Of a stretch of 64,000 nucleotides of DNA, positions 1 to 11,748 are shown piece by piece (within the stretch, counting starts at the first letter, position 1; each line of letters begins with the position of its first letter). The DNA is taken from positions 57,288,001-57,352,000 of the forward strand of contig OZ249436.1 in the NCBI GenBank assembly GCA_965235115.1, read 5' to 3'. The notes under the pieces were generated by a model. The model did no database searches. It was not told the DNA's origin and saw only the letters and a list, made by a program, of their open reading frames with translations. Source of the stretch: Laetmonice hystrix. Taxonomy: Eukaryota. The position numbers and the translations under genes were made by a program.

Positions 1-1700
1 GCCACTATTGCCAATCAGGACGACGCCAGTGGTGTACGGCTAGGGAAACTGTTGCCTTGACCCGTCGGTAATGGGGAGCTACGGTCAGCCAAGGGCCAAT
101 ACTTTGAGGCCTGCTGGAGGGGAACTCTACATTGACTGAAGTTTTAGATGGCCTCTCTTGGGAGACGGGCCTGGAATTAAGGATTGCAGCTCCGTTTTCA
201 CAGGGCATAATGATATGCACGCAGGGTATTTATTCAGAATCCGATCGTAGAGATGACATTGCTGAAGTACAAGTATAAAAGAAGAATAGAATCAGCCTGT
301 CACTGGTAGGACAAAGTAGTTTGGATGCTACCGTATATACAATGTTGAAGTTGAAATTTTGGTGTTTTCCCCATCTGACTTAGTGACTACGTGTATTGAA
401 ATCCTGTCAGTCCAGGTAAATTAGTACAAAACATATTTTTGCTGACTCTGCATAAGGAAGTTATCTGGTCTTAATCTCATCATTTGAAGCCTAATTGGTG
501 AGACAGGGCGTCAAACCATAGACATAGTTTGCGATCATAGACACAGACTGTAAATAGTCTGGATAAGACAATAGGTGTAATCTCCTATACCTCTCAGACT
601 GCTGCGTTTATTCGTAGAGAATTACGCTGTGTCAGTTTTTACTCGATGATCCCCATTACGTATGAATCAACAGCGGTGTTCGAAGAGACAGCTCGTGGAT
701 ACGAAATGCGGATCTATGAACCGTAATGGCAGACGACTGATAAGTAAGTCAGGCAGACGGTTGGGGATTGGGAATGACTAAGATGCAGGATGACCGGGGA
801 GTTGAACTGTCGGGATGATTAATGGAAGAATACTGCTGCTGATACACTGTACCTTCGACACTCGAGGAGAGCCTGCCTGAGCTATCGGCAGGTCTCAGGG
901 GCTGAACCGACGGTATTGGCTTCACCTCTCACTTAGTATATGTTTGGTCAAATCTCACGTCCCGTCCCCCGTCCACGGGACTGTCAGGGTCTGGTGGTAA
1001 TGTCAGGACAGTGCTAGCAGACGACATCCGTCCAGAGTGTCAGTTGAGCCGTATTGCATTGCTAGCACAAAGTGTTGCTGATAGTCATCCTGAAGCAATG
1101 AAGATTCTGGCATGGGATGCGACGTGAGCAAAGACCAGGCCTAGATCTATAGCTTGCATCTCAAACATTGACTCTAATGATATCTGCCCGGTGCAGGCAA
1201 TGGATTTACCATTCTGGTAATGAAATCTGACCCTGTAAAGTGACCGTGGGGATTGGGTGCATTGACGGATGATTGCTTATACCGTACTGGTGCTATAAGG
1301 CGGAGTGTTTGATGACGGCAGGGGTCAACAACCTGTTCTATTCACAGCCCACCATTCAGTGACATTAATGGCTCAGTATTTCTGTCGGGAAGAGAAGCTG
1401 CTCTCATCAGGACATGTTAGAAGTTCTCAGGCTTGAAATGTTTCGATCCCAAACGTCTTGACGGACAGGGACTTAACTCTTGAAGTGTAAATGTATAGGC
1501 AGCTATTAAACGTTTCGAGTGGACTATAACTGACATACAGTGTAGCTTACAGTTTGATGAACTCGGTAAACATTTACTCCTGTAACTATTTTTAAACCCA
1601 ATAAAAACAAAATATTTTTCTGGAGTGTGCTCTTTCACAGCAAAACCCTCAACGACTATTAGTAGAGTACACGTGAATGAACTGGCACAATTGAATAGAC
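1..1700 (-). mobile_element. Highly decayed L1/Tx1-like retrotransposon relic (ORF1-like region plus possible start of the endonuclease)
   Basis: Minus-strand manual translation gives EKYFVFIGFKNS (ORF1-like), a Ser/Pro-rich tract, and GLKVLAL...TDGSR near 60-130, weakly resembling the L1 endonuclease RGVAIL...D..GR. Many stops; boundaries approximate. Confidence 0.25.
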
Positions 1701-2427
1701 TAGTCTGATGGCAGCGTCATGTCCCCCAGTGACGTGCGATTTGGGACTCTGGTGTACAGAAGTGGGTGGTCGGTCACCATAGTAATATCACCGAGTATAG
1801 ATCTACACCTCCTGGTACGTTGAATAGACTGCCTAATGGTAATGTGGCAGGCCTTTGATTCTACAGGGACCTTTAGCAGACGATTTCTCCCTGTGTCTTC
1901 TGAGATTCGAAGCGGGTAATTTAATTATTTGCAGTGAACTTCATTCAAAAGATTTCTACCGTGAGAACTTGATCTTGGATCACGAGGTTACATCTCGACT
2001 GTTATTACAATACTTGCAAATAAAAACAATTAAAGCTTCACGAGACTTGGGGGGAATTAAAGAATCTGCACACAATGAGAAATATTAATGTTTCTCCAAG
2101 AGGAAATGTAATTTATCAAGTTTTAGGAATTGAAAATAGTGGGTTGGTCAAAGTCACTTTGGTGCGAATGACAAGCCCATAGGGACATGGAGTGAAATGA
2201 ATTGGAAAGAGTGGGTTTAAGACACCTCAGAATGACGTACATATCACAGCTCCACTTGAGGTAGGAGACAAAGGTCGACCCGAAAAGGTGACAGAAAGTC
2301 AATCATAAAGGCGTACATTGAGAGCCATGATTAGCCCCAAAACACAGTGGAGTTACACCCGTATGGGTGGGCTCACCTAACTAGATGAAGGGTAATAGGT
2401 TATTGTACGAAAGCCCAGAAGGCTCAT

Positions 2428-2540
2428 CCGAGATGCGAAATCCGAAATGCGAGATGCGAAATGCGAAATGCGAAATGCGAAATGCGAAATGCGAAATGCG
2501 AAATCCGAAATGCGAAATGCGAAATGCGAAATGCGAAATC
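2428..2540 (+). repeat. Subterminal heptamer array (GCGAAAT)n, about 16 units
   Basis: Tandem GCGAAAT with CCGAAAT and GCGAGAT variants directly inside the left TIR. Confidence 0.95.
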
Positions 2541-3749
2541 CTGAAAAAGAACGCTGGCCAATGAGATATAGGCCTATAGAGGTTACTTACTTTGGGTCTC
2601 ACGGTTCTTTTTCAACAGAGGAGTCAGTATGAAATGTCAGTTTTTGATTCTTTGGTCCCTTCTTTGTGATGTCAGTAAATGCATATAAAGCGTTCTTAAC
2701 TGTTTTAAGGCTACACCGGAAAAATAGATTGGTTAAATTTAACAAATTGTGTGGTGTGATTATGGTTCATTCTAATAAGCGTATTGCTACACCCAACTGT
2801 ACTGTACCCTACCCAAACCATAGAAATCCCATAATTCCCCTTGAATGGCCATGCCGCCTTCCGGCAGCTCGGTCGCCATCTTGAAGTGGCGTAGCTGCAG
2901 CAGTAATGGCGGAGAGTAAAGTGAGAGTAGCCTACAGAAGACCATCCCGTCCTTCCATGTATTTAATCAGGCGCAAAATAACTGAATAAACCCTGGTTAA
3001 AGTTGTCGAGTGACGTTTGCCCAGCGATTCTTGCGAAGAGGTCCGTTATCGCAACTTTGCGACCTTCGTTTTGGTACTAAACTTCTTCTATGGAGCATGA
3101 AATCGATATTTTCAGAGAGCAGAGGTGATAGAATGGCTATTCTGACCTTGATTATAATTATTGGACAAATATAACGTCTGGTTGATTACGTGGAAGTCGG
3201 GTCCGTAGGCTCCGTAAGCCATCTGCGGTGCACCGAGTGATCGGGAACTGATAAAAGTTAGATCGCTCAGGATACCCGAAACGGGTTGCTTCACTCTGTG
3301 CCGTCAGCGCCAGGTAGCGCGACCTACTTATATGCGGTCCGTTCCGGATCCACTATAGAGGTCGGAAATATGCACACCCGATAAACTGCGTCGCCGTTCG
3401 TCGCCTGCGCTGCGCTGAATTTGACCAAACAAACTTAGAATTTCACCTACTAAGATAACATCCAACAAAATACATTTACGTATCTGTTGAAGTAACCTCT
3501 TTTGTGTACTCTCAGCAAGTTTCAGTGCCAAAAGTGGTCTGAAACATGACTTTGAGGCGATGGTGCGCGATAGGACCAAGATACAACCCCGGCAGGATAG
3601 CAGTCGCTGGTGTATTTGTACTCGAGTCCGTATGGACGTAAGGACTAGGACTTTGACTTGTTGGAGTAGGTCAAAGGATGACAGAAGACCGGCTCCGAAT
3701 GTTTCAGAATCAACTGTAACGAGAGTCCGTTGGGACTTTACATTTTGAC

Positions 3750-3945
3750 ATTTCGGATTATGGATTTCGGATTATGGATTTCGGATTTCGGATTTCGCAT
3801 TTCGCATTTCGCATTTCGGATCTCGCATTTCGGATTTCGCATTTCGCATTTCGCATTTCGGATCTCGCATTTCGGATTTCGCATTTCGCATTTCGCATTT
3901 CGGATCTCGCATTTCGGATTTCGGATTTCGGATTTCAGATTTTGT
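3750..3945 (-). repeat. Heptamer array (ATTTCGC/ATTTCGG)n, about 27 units, with 42-bp higher-order period
   Basis: Inverted relative to the left array. The variant unit ATCTCGC recurs at 3820, 3862 and 3904 (42-bp spacing). Confidence 0.95.
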
Positions 3946-4008
3946 ATTTCAAATTTTGGATGGAGAGGTGGAGTTCAGGGTCTTCTCAAAGGGCACCTAC
4001 CTACAGAA

Positions 4009-4328
4009 CAGGCGCGGATAGAGCACTGCAAAACCACGGGACGTCCTCGAGCGTTGACGTGAACATCTGCAGGGGAGGGTCTGAGAAAATGTTTGAATTT
4101 AGAAGGCCAAAAAAACTCGCTCTTTTTTAGCATCTGGAGATAGAAATTGTGACGGGATGAGAAAGTTTCTCAACGCATTTAGGCCTAACCTACCAATAAT
4201 TTTTCTCACTTCTTCAAAAAAGGGGAGCGTGCGCCCCCACACCCCGCCTGCAAAAGTTAGCCAAGAAGTGCACTTTGAGGCCCAATGGGGGGTTCGAACC
4301 CCCGAACCCCCCTCTAGATCCGTGCCTG
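4009..4328. mobile_element. Probable MITE nested in the TIR element
   Basis: Imperfect terminal inverted repeats CAGGCGCGGATAGAG (4009) and CTCTAGATCCGTGCCTG (4312-4328), with a GGGGGGTTCGAACCCCCGAACCCCCC subterminal motif. No TSD recognisable. Confidence 0.5.
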
Positions 4329-4378
4329 AGTAAGTAAGTAAGTAGGGGAGTAGGCCTAAGTAAGTAAGTAAGTAAGTA
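4329..4378. repeat. (AGTA)n microsatellite, interrupted
   Basis: Two AGTAAGTAAGTA runs separated by GGGGAGTAGGCCT. Confidence 0.85.
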
Positions 4379-4458
4379 ACCTCTAACTTATTGGCCAGCG
4401 TTTTGTTTTTTGGGGTTTGTTTTGTTTGTTTTTGTTTTTTTGTTTTTTAAGATTTTCA

Positions 4459-4564
4459 CATCTCGCATTTCGGATTTCGCATTTCGGATTTCGCATTTCG
4501 GATTTCGCATTTCGGATTTCGCATTTCGGATTTCGCATTTCGTATTTCGCATTTCGCATCTCGC
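4459..4564 (-). repeat. Subterminal heptamer array, mostly alternating ATTTCGG/ATTTCGC (14-bp period)
   Basis: About 15 units abutting the right TIR. Confidence 0.95.
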
Positions 4565-5319
4565 ATGAGCCTTCTGGGCTTTCGTATTATTGTGATCTGG
4601 TCAGAGCACCTGGCTATTGGCCCGACAACCCCTGGGAAATCTATGACGTGTTCGAAGAGGTACCCAGCTGAAGGGGTTGGTCATGTGGACGGGTTTCCGT
4701 GAAGCTTAGAGAAGTGTGGTGTGGGTGCTATGCTGAATGGGGAGCACCAAACTGAGACAAATGAGAGAACTGTTGACTCGAGTGACTGCCGCTGCTACAG
4801 CAGCAGCCAGGAAAGTCCAGTGCTGCCACCCAGGTGATGGTGAGAGCCGTGTGTTTCTACAGTGAGCACTTACCTCAGACAGAATCAACAGGCATTGGAG
4901 AAGGCACAAGTGCTCCTCCCTGTGTCTGCCTCGCTGTTAATGGATCGGATGCAATCATTGAAAGATTGAAGTACCGAGTTTGTACTTGAGATATTCTACA
5001 AGGACTATTGACATTCTCATCATGGGTTTGCTGAGCAGCGCCAAAGTGGAGATATATAAACTAATACAATTTACAGTTATAAACCAACTTTGACAAGTGA
5101 CTGCAATGGCCTTTGGGACCGCACGTAGGATGTGAGAAAGTGGCCAGGATCATCAAACCGTCAGGTGTACGCCTATCGCCTGACAGATATCTACTTTTTA
5201 TCGAGGATCTCCCAGAGTGCGCAGATACAAAAAAAAAGAATGCTGCCGTTCCAAGTCTTCTTTCTTTCGCGTCGGTACAAGGTAACCGTTTTTGATATAC
5301 AAGACTTTCTCTAATGATA

Positions 5320-6240
5320 CAAGCCTACAACGAGTAAACATGAGTAATTGAATGTGAGAATTTAAAGAAGGATGTCTCAAGGCACAAGTACAGCATGGCA
5401 GTCTTCTCCGCCTTAGGGCCTGTAGTATACCAAATCAAGAGGCGTGAACACACAGCACCGCCCAAGTCCGAAAGGATTCCGTTAAGACGAGTCGTTGCGT
5501 CTCTCTGGACTGTATAGTAATGCTTCCTGATGCAACGGAATTGGATATGGCCAAAGACACGGTTGAAATGGGAAGATGAAAGGAGAAGCAATGTAATCAT
5601 CTGTGAAATGAGTTTAGAGCTACGATTTACAGTTCAGTGTGCAGAATGATTGATGTGCCATCAACACGTACTCCCGCTTATAATATCGTCCCAAGGTTGC
5701 GAGCACCTTTTGGACGCACCAGTCAAGTTCGCAGGTCGGTGTTGGTTATCTGTTAAATACCCGATGTATTTACATCATGGATATCATACCGGCATTTGTT
5801 TGAAAGCCATCATCATTGGGCTGCACCGTGACACATCGTATGATGGATCGCTGAAGATGTTCCTCGAGCGGTTTAGAGTGCCAACGAAGATATGAAGTAC
5901 AGTGATATGAAGGGATTCTGTTGTAAATTCGATGAAGTTTTCGTGTTAATAGCACATTGGCCGTACCAATGATAGGCTATGCGCCTGACCAAATGGCGCT
6001 CATCAAGTGAGACAGGGCCACTGCTGCACCAAGTGAATGTTGCACATCCCCTGGTACAAGTACATGTATAAGAGTTGGCATGGATCAGCAGTGAACGGAA
6101 TCCAGCAGAAAATGAGGAGAAACGTTACATTTCTCGGCATCATCTTCCGGGTATCAACGCCCAGCAAACCAAAACACAGCGTTCGTTCATCCCAGAAACA
6201 TTCACGTTTTATTGATCTTGGTGATGAAGAGTCTTTCACC
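5320..6240 (-). pseudogene. Decayed piggyBac-like transposase fragment
   Basis: Minus-strand motifs in the expected order: MMPRN..FLLIF..PF.AD (MSRNRF..I...LHF.D), LVRP (KVRP), TLNRSRNIFSDPSYDVS...MMAFK (LN..F...P...VSIDE.M.AFKG), and FGH...HYYT (GH.LY.DN.YTS). Stops and frameshifts; TTAA ends not found. Confidence 0.4.
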
Positions 6241-6544
6241 TTTTAAAACAAACCTTTGAGCCACTGAAGCACCCTTGATTTCGTGTGTATTTTCCGTTTG
6301 GCAAGACTTTTGTGTTGAATTGTAACTTTAAAGAACATCAGTGAACAAAGCGAGTTAATGTGGCGGCGTGTAATGAGAGAAATATGCCTCTCGGGAAACA
6401 AGCAAAATAAACCAGCAGCAACTGCTTTTGTTGACAGAATAAACGCTGAACACGGCTGAGGCCTGCTGGCTGTACCATTCTGTGATAAGCGGTCTATACC
6501 ATCCGATGAGCTCCGTCGAGGGTAAATTCTCTGTCCGGGCGCGT

Positions 6545-7130
6545 CATGGCTGCTAACAAGGCTTACAAAGTGTTGAAGAATGCGCCAGAGGTCAAGGAAA
6601 GAAGTCCATCAGACCTTGCCGTCCACTGTAGACTCATAACTCTGGCAGTGACAGGACCCTGGGAATGGCGGTAGAAGGAGTGCATTAAACGTTGAACAAC
6701 TACAGTATGTCACAGCGAGTCAAGTACCAAGCCACCCTGGACTCCACACTTGTTGATCTACTACTAGTGTTATATGTTTACCTTAACTCGGACCGTGGTC
6801 GCAGTCACACTGGCTTTCGTTGGCTCAACTCGGCTCACAATGACCTACCGCTGGCCGTGAGCTCTGGGATTGGACATGGTCAGGACATGGCTGATGAGCA
6901 GACTTCGGATGAGCTTCGTGGCGCCGAGGGTGGGACAGACCGTATATGTGTCCCCAGGAACACGAAGCAGGGAAACGGGCGGACGGTGGGCCTTGCCTCT
7001 CAGGAAGAGATACAACTGGAGACAACACTCAGGGTAGGGAAATGTATAGTTGTGGCACAAGGCACGTCTACTGATGTTTCTAGCTTTAGTTTTGTTCATC
7101 CCATCGGGCTCTCATTGAAGTTTTAAAGTG
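6545..7130 (+). mobile_element. Possible 3' relic of an RTE-like LINE
   Basis: AANKAYKVLK... and GIGHGQDMADEQTSDEL weakly resemble the RTE C-terminal motifs A..AF..L and W.GHV.RM.D.R.PK. A (TTCA)n tract follows downstream. Confidence 0.2.
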
Positions 7131-7237
7131 ATAAATGGGTTCATTAATGTATATCAGGAACTGTAATGATATTGAAGTATCGTGCGATATTGAGTGTAGG
7201 ACAGGTTGTCAAGACTTGAAGAGCGGTTCCTCCTTCA

Positions 7238-7279
7238 CATTCATTCAATCATTCATTCATTCATTCATTCATTCATTCA
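7238..7279. repeat. (TTCA)n microsatellite
   Basis: About 10 CATT/TTCA units. Confidence 0.9.
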
Positions 7280-7739
7280 CGTACAGCTATAAACCAACTT
7301 TTCTCAGGGATTATATTCAATTACTACTACTATCTGTCATTATGTCCCCGCATACAGTGTAAGGTATGTGATAAAACAAGTGCATTGTTTCATTTCTTAA
7401 TATTTTCTTGGGAAACAGTAATATGATTATTCATAATAGATATGGCCACGTTGGAATGCCAAATTAATAGGGAAATTGTATTTGTTAAGCTATTGTAGAG
7501 AGGACCTTTGATAATTTGTAAAACAGCATTCTATGACAGGCCTTTGTTTAACGGGATGTCGCAGTCAGCCATTTCTAAAGGCATTTGTGATGTTTATTGA
7601 AGTGCACGGCTAAAACGTGTTACTTTATTTCTAAGATGCCAGTAATATTTCAAATTAAGCAGAGTGATTGAAGTTAAGACAGCATCCAGTCAGTGGACTT
7701 TTGTTTAACAGGGATGGCATCAATTGCTTTTGGCTGCGT

Positions 7740-9250
7740 CAACATGAAAGGTTTACCAAACCGTTAATTGAATGTTCACGTTGTGAGTTGCTTGAATATT
7801 GAAGCGTAGGTATTTGACGGAGTCTTGTTTTGTTTGGATGTGTCATATTTCTCTGCCAATTAAACCTGGGTGAAGCATTAGTAGTAGGGTTGTTAAAGGA
7901 GTGTACAAACGATCGAGTTTCTATCGGAGGTGTCCTCACGGTTATGCTTTCTGTATCAATTTGAAGAACTGAACAAATAACGAAATAGAACATGCACATA
8001 GAGGCTGATATTTTGATGATTGTAAAATCTATTTCGGTCAGTATCGTGACAAAATTATGTGACTTTGGGGCTTTAATTATAGTTCTCGCGGAGTTAGAAT
8101 GCTAAAGCGATACTTTAAAAGCGCGATGAACATTTTGACCAATTTTTAATTCGAATTTGAAACAAATTCCCTAGGGTCTCTGGCAGAGCCCACCACCGAG
8201 TAATCCAAATTCAGCAGACGTTTTGCTGTTAATGTCCGTTATATAAGTTTAAGAAAAACCCTGTTGGCATTGTGTTGTTGCCTTTCCCAACATGTCGCTG
8301 ACACTAATGTAGGAATTGAGTTTGTTGTAAGACGCCATCTACCGTAGAAATCCCGTAAAGACGTTGCGCACGTACGCTAGCAAACATTGCGCTGTCAGTG
8401 GTACTAGACCTCCTCTATAGCGTGAAATCAGATTGGCGACGAGAAGCGAAAATCCACTGATTGGTGGCAAGATGGCGGCTAATCTAAGGCACACTGCAGA
8501 TAAATGAGCTGGTGATATGGAAGTGGGTAGATTCCCTGATATAACAGATAAGCAGAGGGAAGTCGGAGCTCCATAATGTATTCAGTCGAGCGCGCCACTG
8601 AACTTCTACATGATGGAAATGTAGTGGTCTAATGGTGTGAACAGAGAACTGGTACGCTCACGCCCGTCTTACAAGTAAATTAGTTGTTGGCCAGATCATT
8701 GAATTACACCGGTAACAAAGTTTCCCTATATCTATCCAGAATAATTACATTACAAATTCGACCTTAATTTTAATCTGTTTAGTTTTAAAAACAAACTTTG
8801 TGCGTCCACATAATTATATGTTCAATATATATTTATTGATATTTATTATTGCTACGGGGTACTTTTGTGGATCTCGGGCCAAAATTTATTACTGTAGTTG
8901 CTTGAGTAGAAAATTTGGAGTCGACCTTCACCAGAAAATCGTGCCGAGGTCACAGTATTGTCTGATTTAACGTTATTGGTGTTGGGAATGATCTCGCTGC
9001 ATTATTCGATACAATAACTGCAGCCAGTCTCTCATTTTGGCAGCTGAACTGGAGCGGTAACTTCTTAGAAAATGCATCATCATGTCTGGATAGTTAGAGT
9101 AGTTACACACTTGAAATATAGTTGCAGTTAAATTTGGGTGGTGGATAGGGATGAGACGGGCGCCATATTTTAAATCTGTATCGTGCAAGAAGAAATCCAT
9201 TTGGTGCGTTCTGACGAGTAATAAGCCTGTATCAAAGTATACTGTCGTTT
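7740..9250. mobile_element. Possible relic of a two-gene (head-to-head) DNA transposon, ISL2EU/Kolobok-like
   Basis: Minus strand from ATG at about 8338: broken THAP-like traces (...RDPREF..., SKCSSRF resembling ICS.HF) and QIDTESITVRTP (resembling IDCTE..I..P). Plus strand from ATG 8472: FPDIT...RATELLHDGNV and WVVDRDETGAI, resembling the SWIM/YqaJ partner protein. All heavily degraded. Confidence 0.25.
8331..8479. promoter_or_regulatory. Divergent promoter-like motif pair
   Basis: GACGCCATCT (8331-8340, reading AGATGGCGTC on the minus strand) and AAGATGGCGGC (8469-8479) face outwards. Both are YY1-like and overlap ATGs. Two inverted CCAAT boxes (GATTGG 8431-8436, 8459-8464) lie between them. 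Confidence 0.45.
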
Positions 9251-9711
9251 AATGTATTGGATACAGAAAACACAGGACTCGTAATGGTCAGTTTAGTAAA
9301 AATGATCGGAACATGAGAAATCACCGGTTCCCTCTGTTCTTGAGTGGTTCGATTTCCCCGTCATAATCTCAAAAACTAAGTCTAAATCCGTTGAGATCTC
9401 TAAATCCCCAAATAGGTAGGCAGGAAGGCAGACATGGCTAACATTTCCATTGCAGAAATATGCGACTGACTGCATTATACTGATATCTTAACACATATTT
9501 TATTTAAAGAAATCAGTTCCTGACCCATTCCAAGTCTTCCAACGACACTATACCAAATTTGGTCAGTTTTCTCAGGCGTGCTTTTAGGATCATCACTTAC
9601 CTTAATCACATCGTCTATTGGTTTATGACAGCTGAATGTGGCGGTTTGCCGTGTGAATTGTCCCCAGAATGTCTATCTAAAGATCTAATAATGATGGTGG
9701 TACTATTTCAG

Positions 9712-9741
9712 GCCGATCTCGTCAAGGAGTACCAGGATGAG
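9712..9741 (+). other. Candidate 30-nt frame-preserving micro-exon (ADLVKEYQDE)
   Basis: Acceptor tactatttcag and donor GAG|gtgaga; open in phase 0. No partner exon identified. Confidence 0.25.
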
Positions 9742-11748
9742 GTGAGATTTATTGTAACCAACCCGCTACGGATACCCCTTCATAACATGTGGCTGTCCCA
9801 GAAACAAGAAACTAGCGTTCGCTCATTGCTACTTAACCCATGTAAAATAACCGCTAGAAAGTTCAAATTGCTGTTTTAAAAGCTAAAATCCAGCGTCGTG
9901 TTTGCATAATGAAATGTAAACCTACCTTTATTTAATAACGTTTAATATGTTTATGTTTTGTCAATTAAGTAGTTAAACATACTGGGTTAAGAGTAGGCAT
10001 GGCTCTTGCATATGGCTGACTTTGAAAATTAACGATGGCCAGATCAATATAGAAGGGTTCTGGGACAGCCAATGTTTCAAGTTAAGAAGAAAGGGTTCCC
10101 TTTCGCCCCAGGAAATTGATGCGTTCTTACTAGGGCAAATGCTAATCCTAAGTAATAAGTCTACTCTGCTAACACGAATAGCCCCAGGTATGACCTTGGT
10201 AGGCCCGACTCCAGCCCGGCTGATGCATGAACACGTCCATGGTGGAATGGGCTAACTGATGTGCTTCTAACCCCGTACTTTAACTGTCATTACCACGCAT
10301 GATAAACAATAGGCCAGGATCAAACGTCAGTCTTATCAAATTATTACAACATGTCAACTCCCCGCTTATCCGTCCTGCTGTGGATTTTAAGTATTTACGC
10401 AGAAGAAAAATGAAAACGTCTGGAATCCAATCTTCGAACAATTACGCCCCCGGCAGCCATTTTTAGTTTAAAAAAAGTTTTCTATGATCTCAAATAAAAG
10501 GAAATCGCACAATCCTTGTAGATTTTCATTGTTTAATGTGCTGCAAACTCCCAGTTCATCAAGTCAATGAATGATGACCAAACAAAGACTCAGATAGTAA
10601 TCATGCACGTATACAGAAGCGGGATGCGAAGAGTGCGAACACACTTCCTTCCATGAGAGCCTCGGGCCACTTTTTATAATAAACTTTGCAAGGAAAGTCA
10701 TCCCGGGGAATATTATATTGAGGGGTAGACCAAGCCTACAAAGAGATCAACATGGTAGAACCCATTGACTTCTGATGGTCACAACACGTTGTTGTCATAC
10801 AGCATGTCCCCCCCCCCTCCGGTACTGATCCCATCTACCTGTGTACAGCATCTCATCATCTACATCCTTCCCTCGGATGTCTGCAGCTGTTGATGTCACT
10901 TTGCCGATCATGCAACATGGCAAGCAATATTACTGCTTATCTTATCTTTACTAACAGCCGCGTTCTCTTTGCTGTTATACAATTTATTATTAGAGTTTTG
11001 GCTTATATTGTAAAATAAATAAGTTTTGTATTCAATACATTTTCCTTTTTCTCGACTAACTGCTAAGCTTCCAGCCTTCTGTCATATCAGTTAACTAGTT
11101 AAGTAAGTGTTTCTGAACTAATAAATTATAAGACGTTAGTTATGTCCCATGGACAATTAGGCACTGAAAATTGGTTTGGGAAATATTACCGGTAAATTGA
11201 TTTTACTACTGAGTGTGATGCTGGTTCATCCATATTATGCCCTGACCAGTAGCTGGAGCAGCAGTGTCTAGACTGCTAGACTGTGCTGCCCCTGGTGAAT
11301 GATGTTGGAATTGCCCCCTCACACTGCATAACCGGGCAACAAAGGAATCATCCAGAAAATTAACATTTATTTCAGAGATGCCGTAGTCGTTCTATTAATC
11401 TCAAGCTATGCATGGTGTGTGCTTTCGGATCGATATTTAAAATACTTTTATTTCAGGCGGTACGAATCAAACATAATGATTAGCAGTTTCCTGCAATTGT
11501 TGATGAACGAAATTTTCAGGAATGGCTCTTGTTTAATATTGGTTGAAAGTATTAAGAAGTGTATCAGGCAAGCTATATTGTTGTCATTATCTTCATGAAC
11601 CCTAGTGTCCTGAATCGTATAATATATCACTTTCTCAGGCATACATGAGGTTTAGCAGAATATAATATATGTATGATATCTAAATTTGAATGTTATATAT
11701 CAGATTACCGGCAAGAATATGTTTAATATTATTCACTCAGTCATACAA

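Larger units (their letters stand above)
2406..4586. mobile_element. Non-autonomous TIR DNA transposon with IS3EU-type termini
   Basis: Perfect 22-bp TIR TACGAAAGCCCAGAAGGCTCAT (2406-2427), reverse complement at 4565-4586. Perfect 6-bp direct repeat TTATTG at 2400-2405 and 4587-4592. TAY...RTA ends with a 6-bp TSD are the described IS3EU signature. No transposase ORF inside. Confidence 0.8.

Noticed and set aside
2381-4671. ORFs with RISHFAF / MRNAKCE peptide repeats (2381-2632, 3730-4130, 4417-4671)
   Set aside because: They are simply translations of the stop-free 7-bp arrays in several frames and on both strands.
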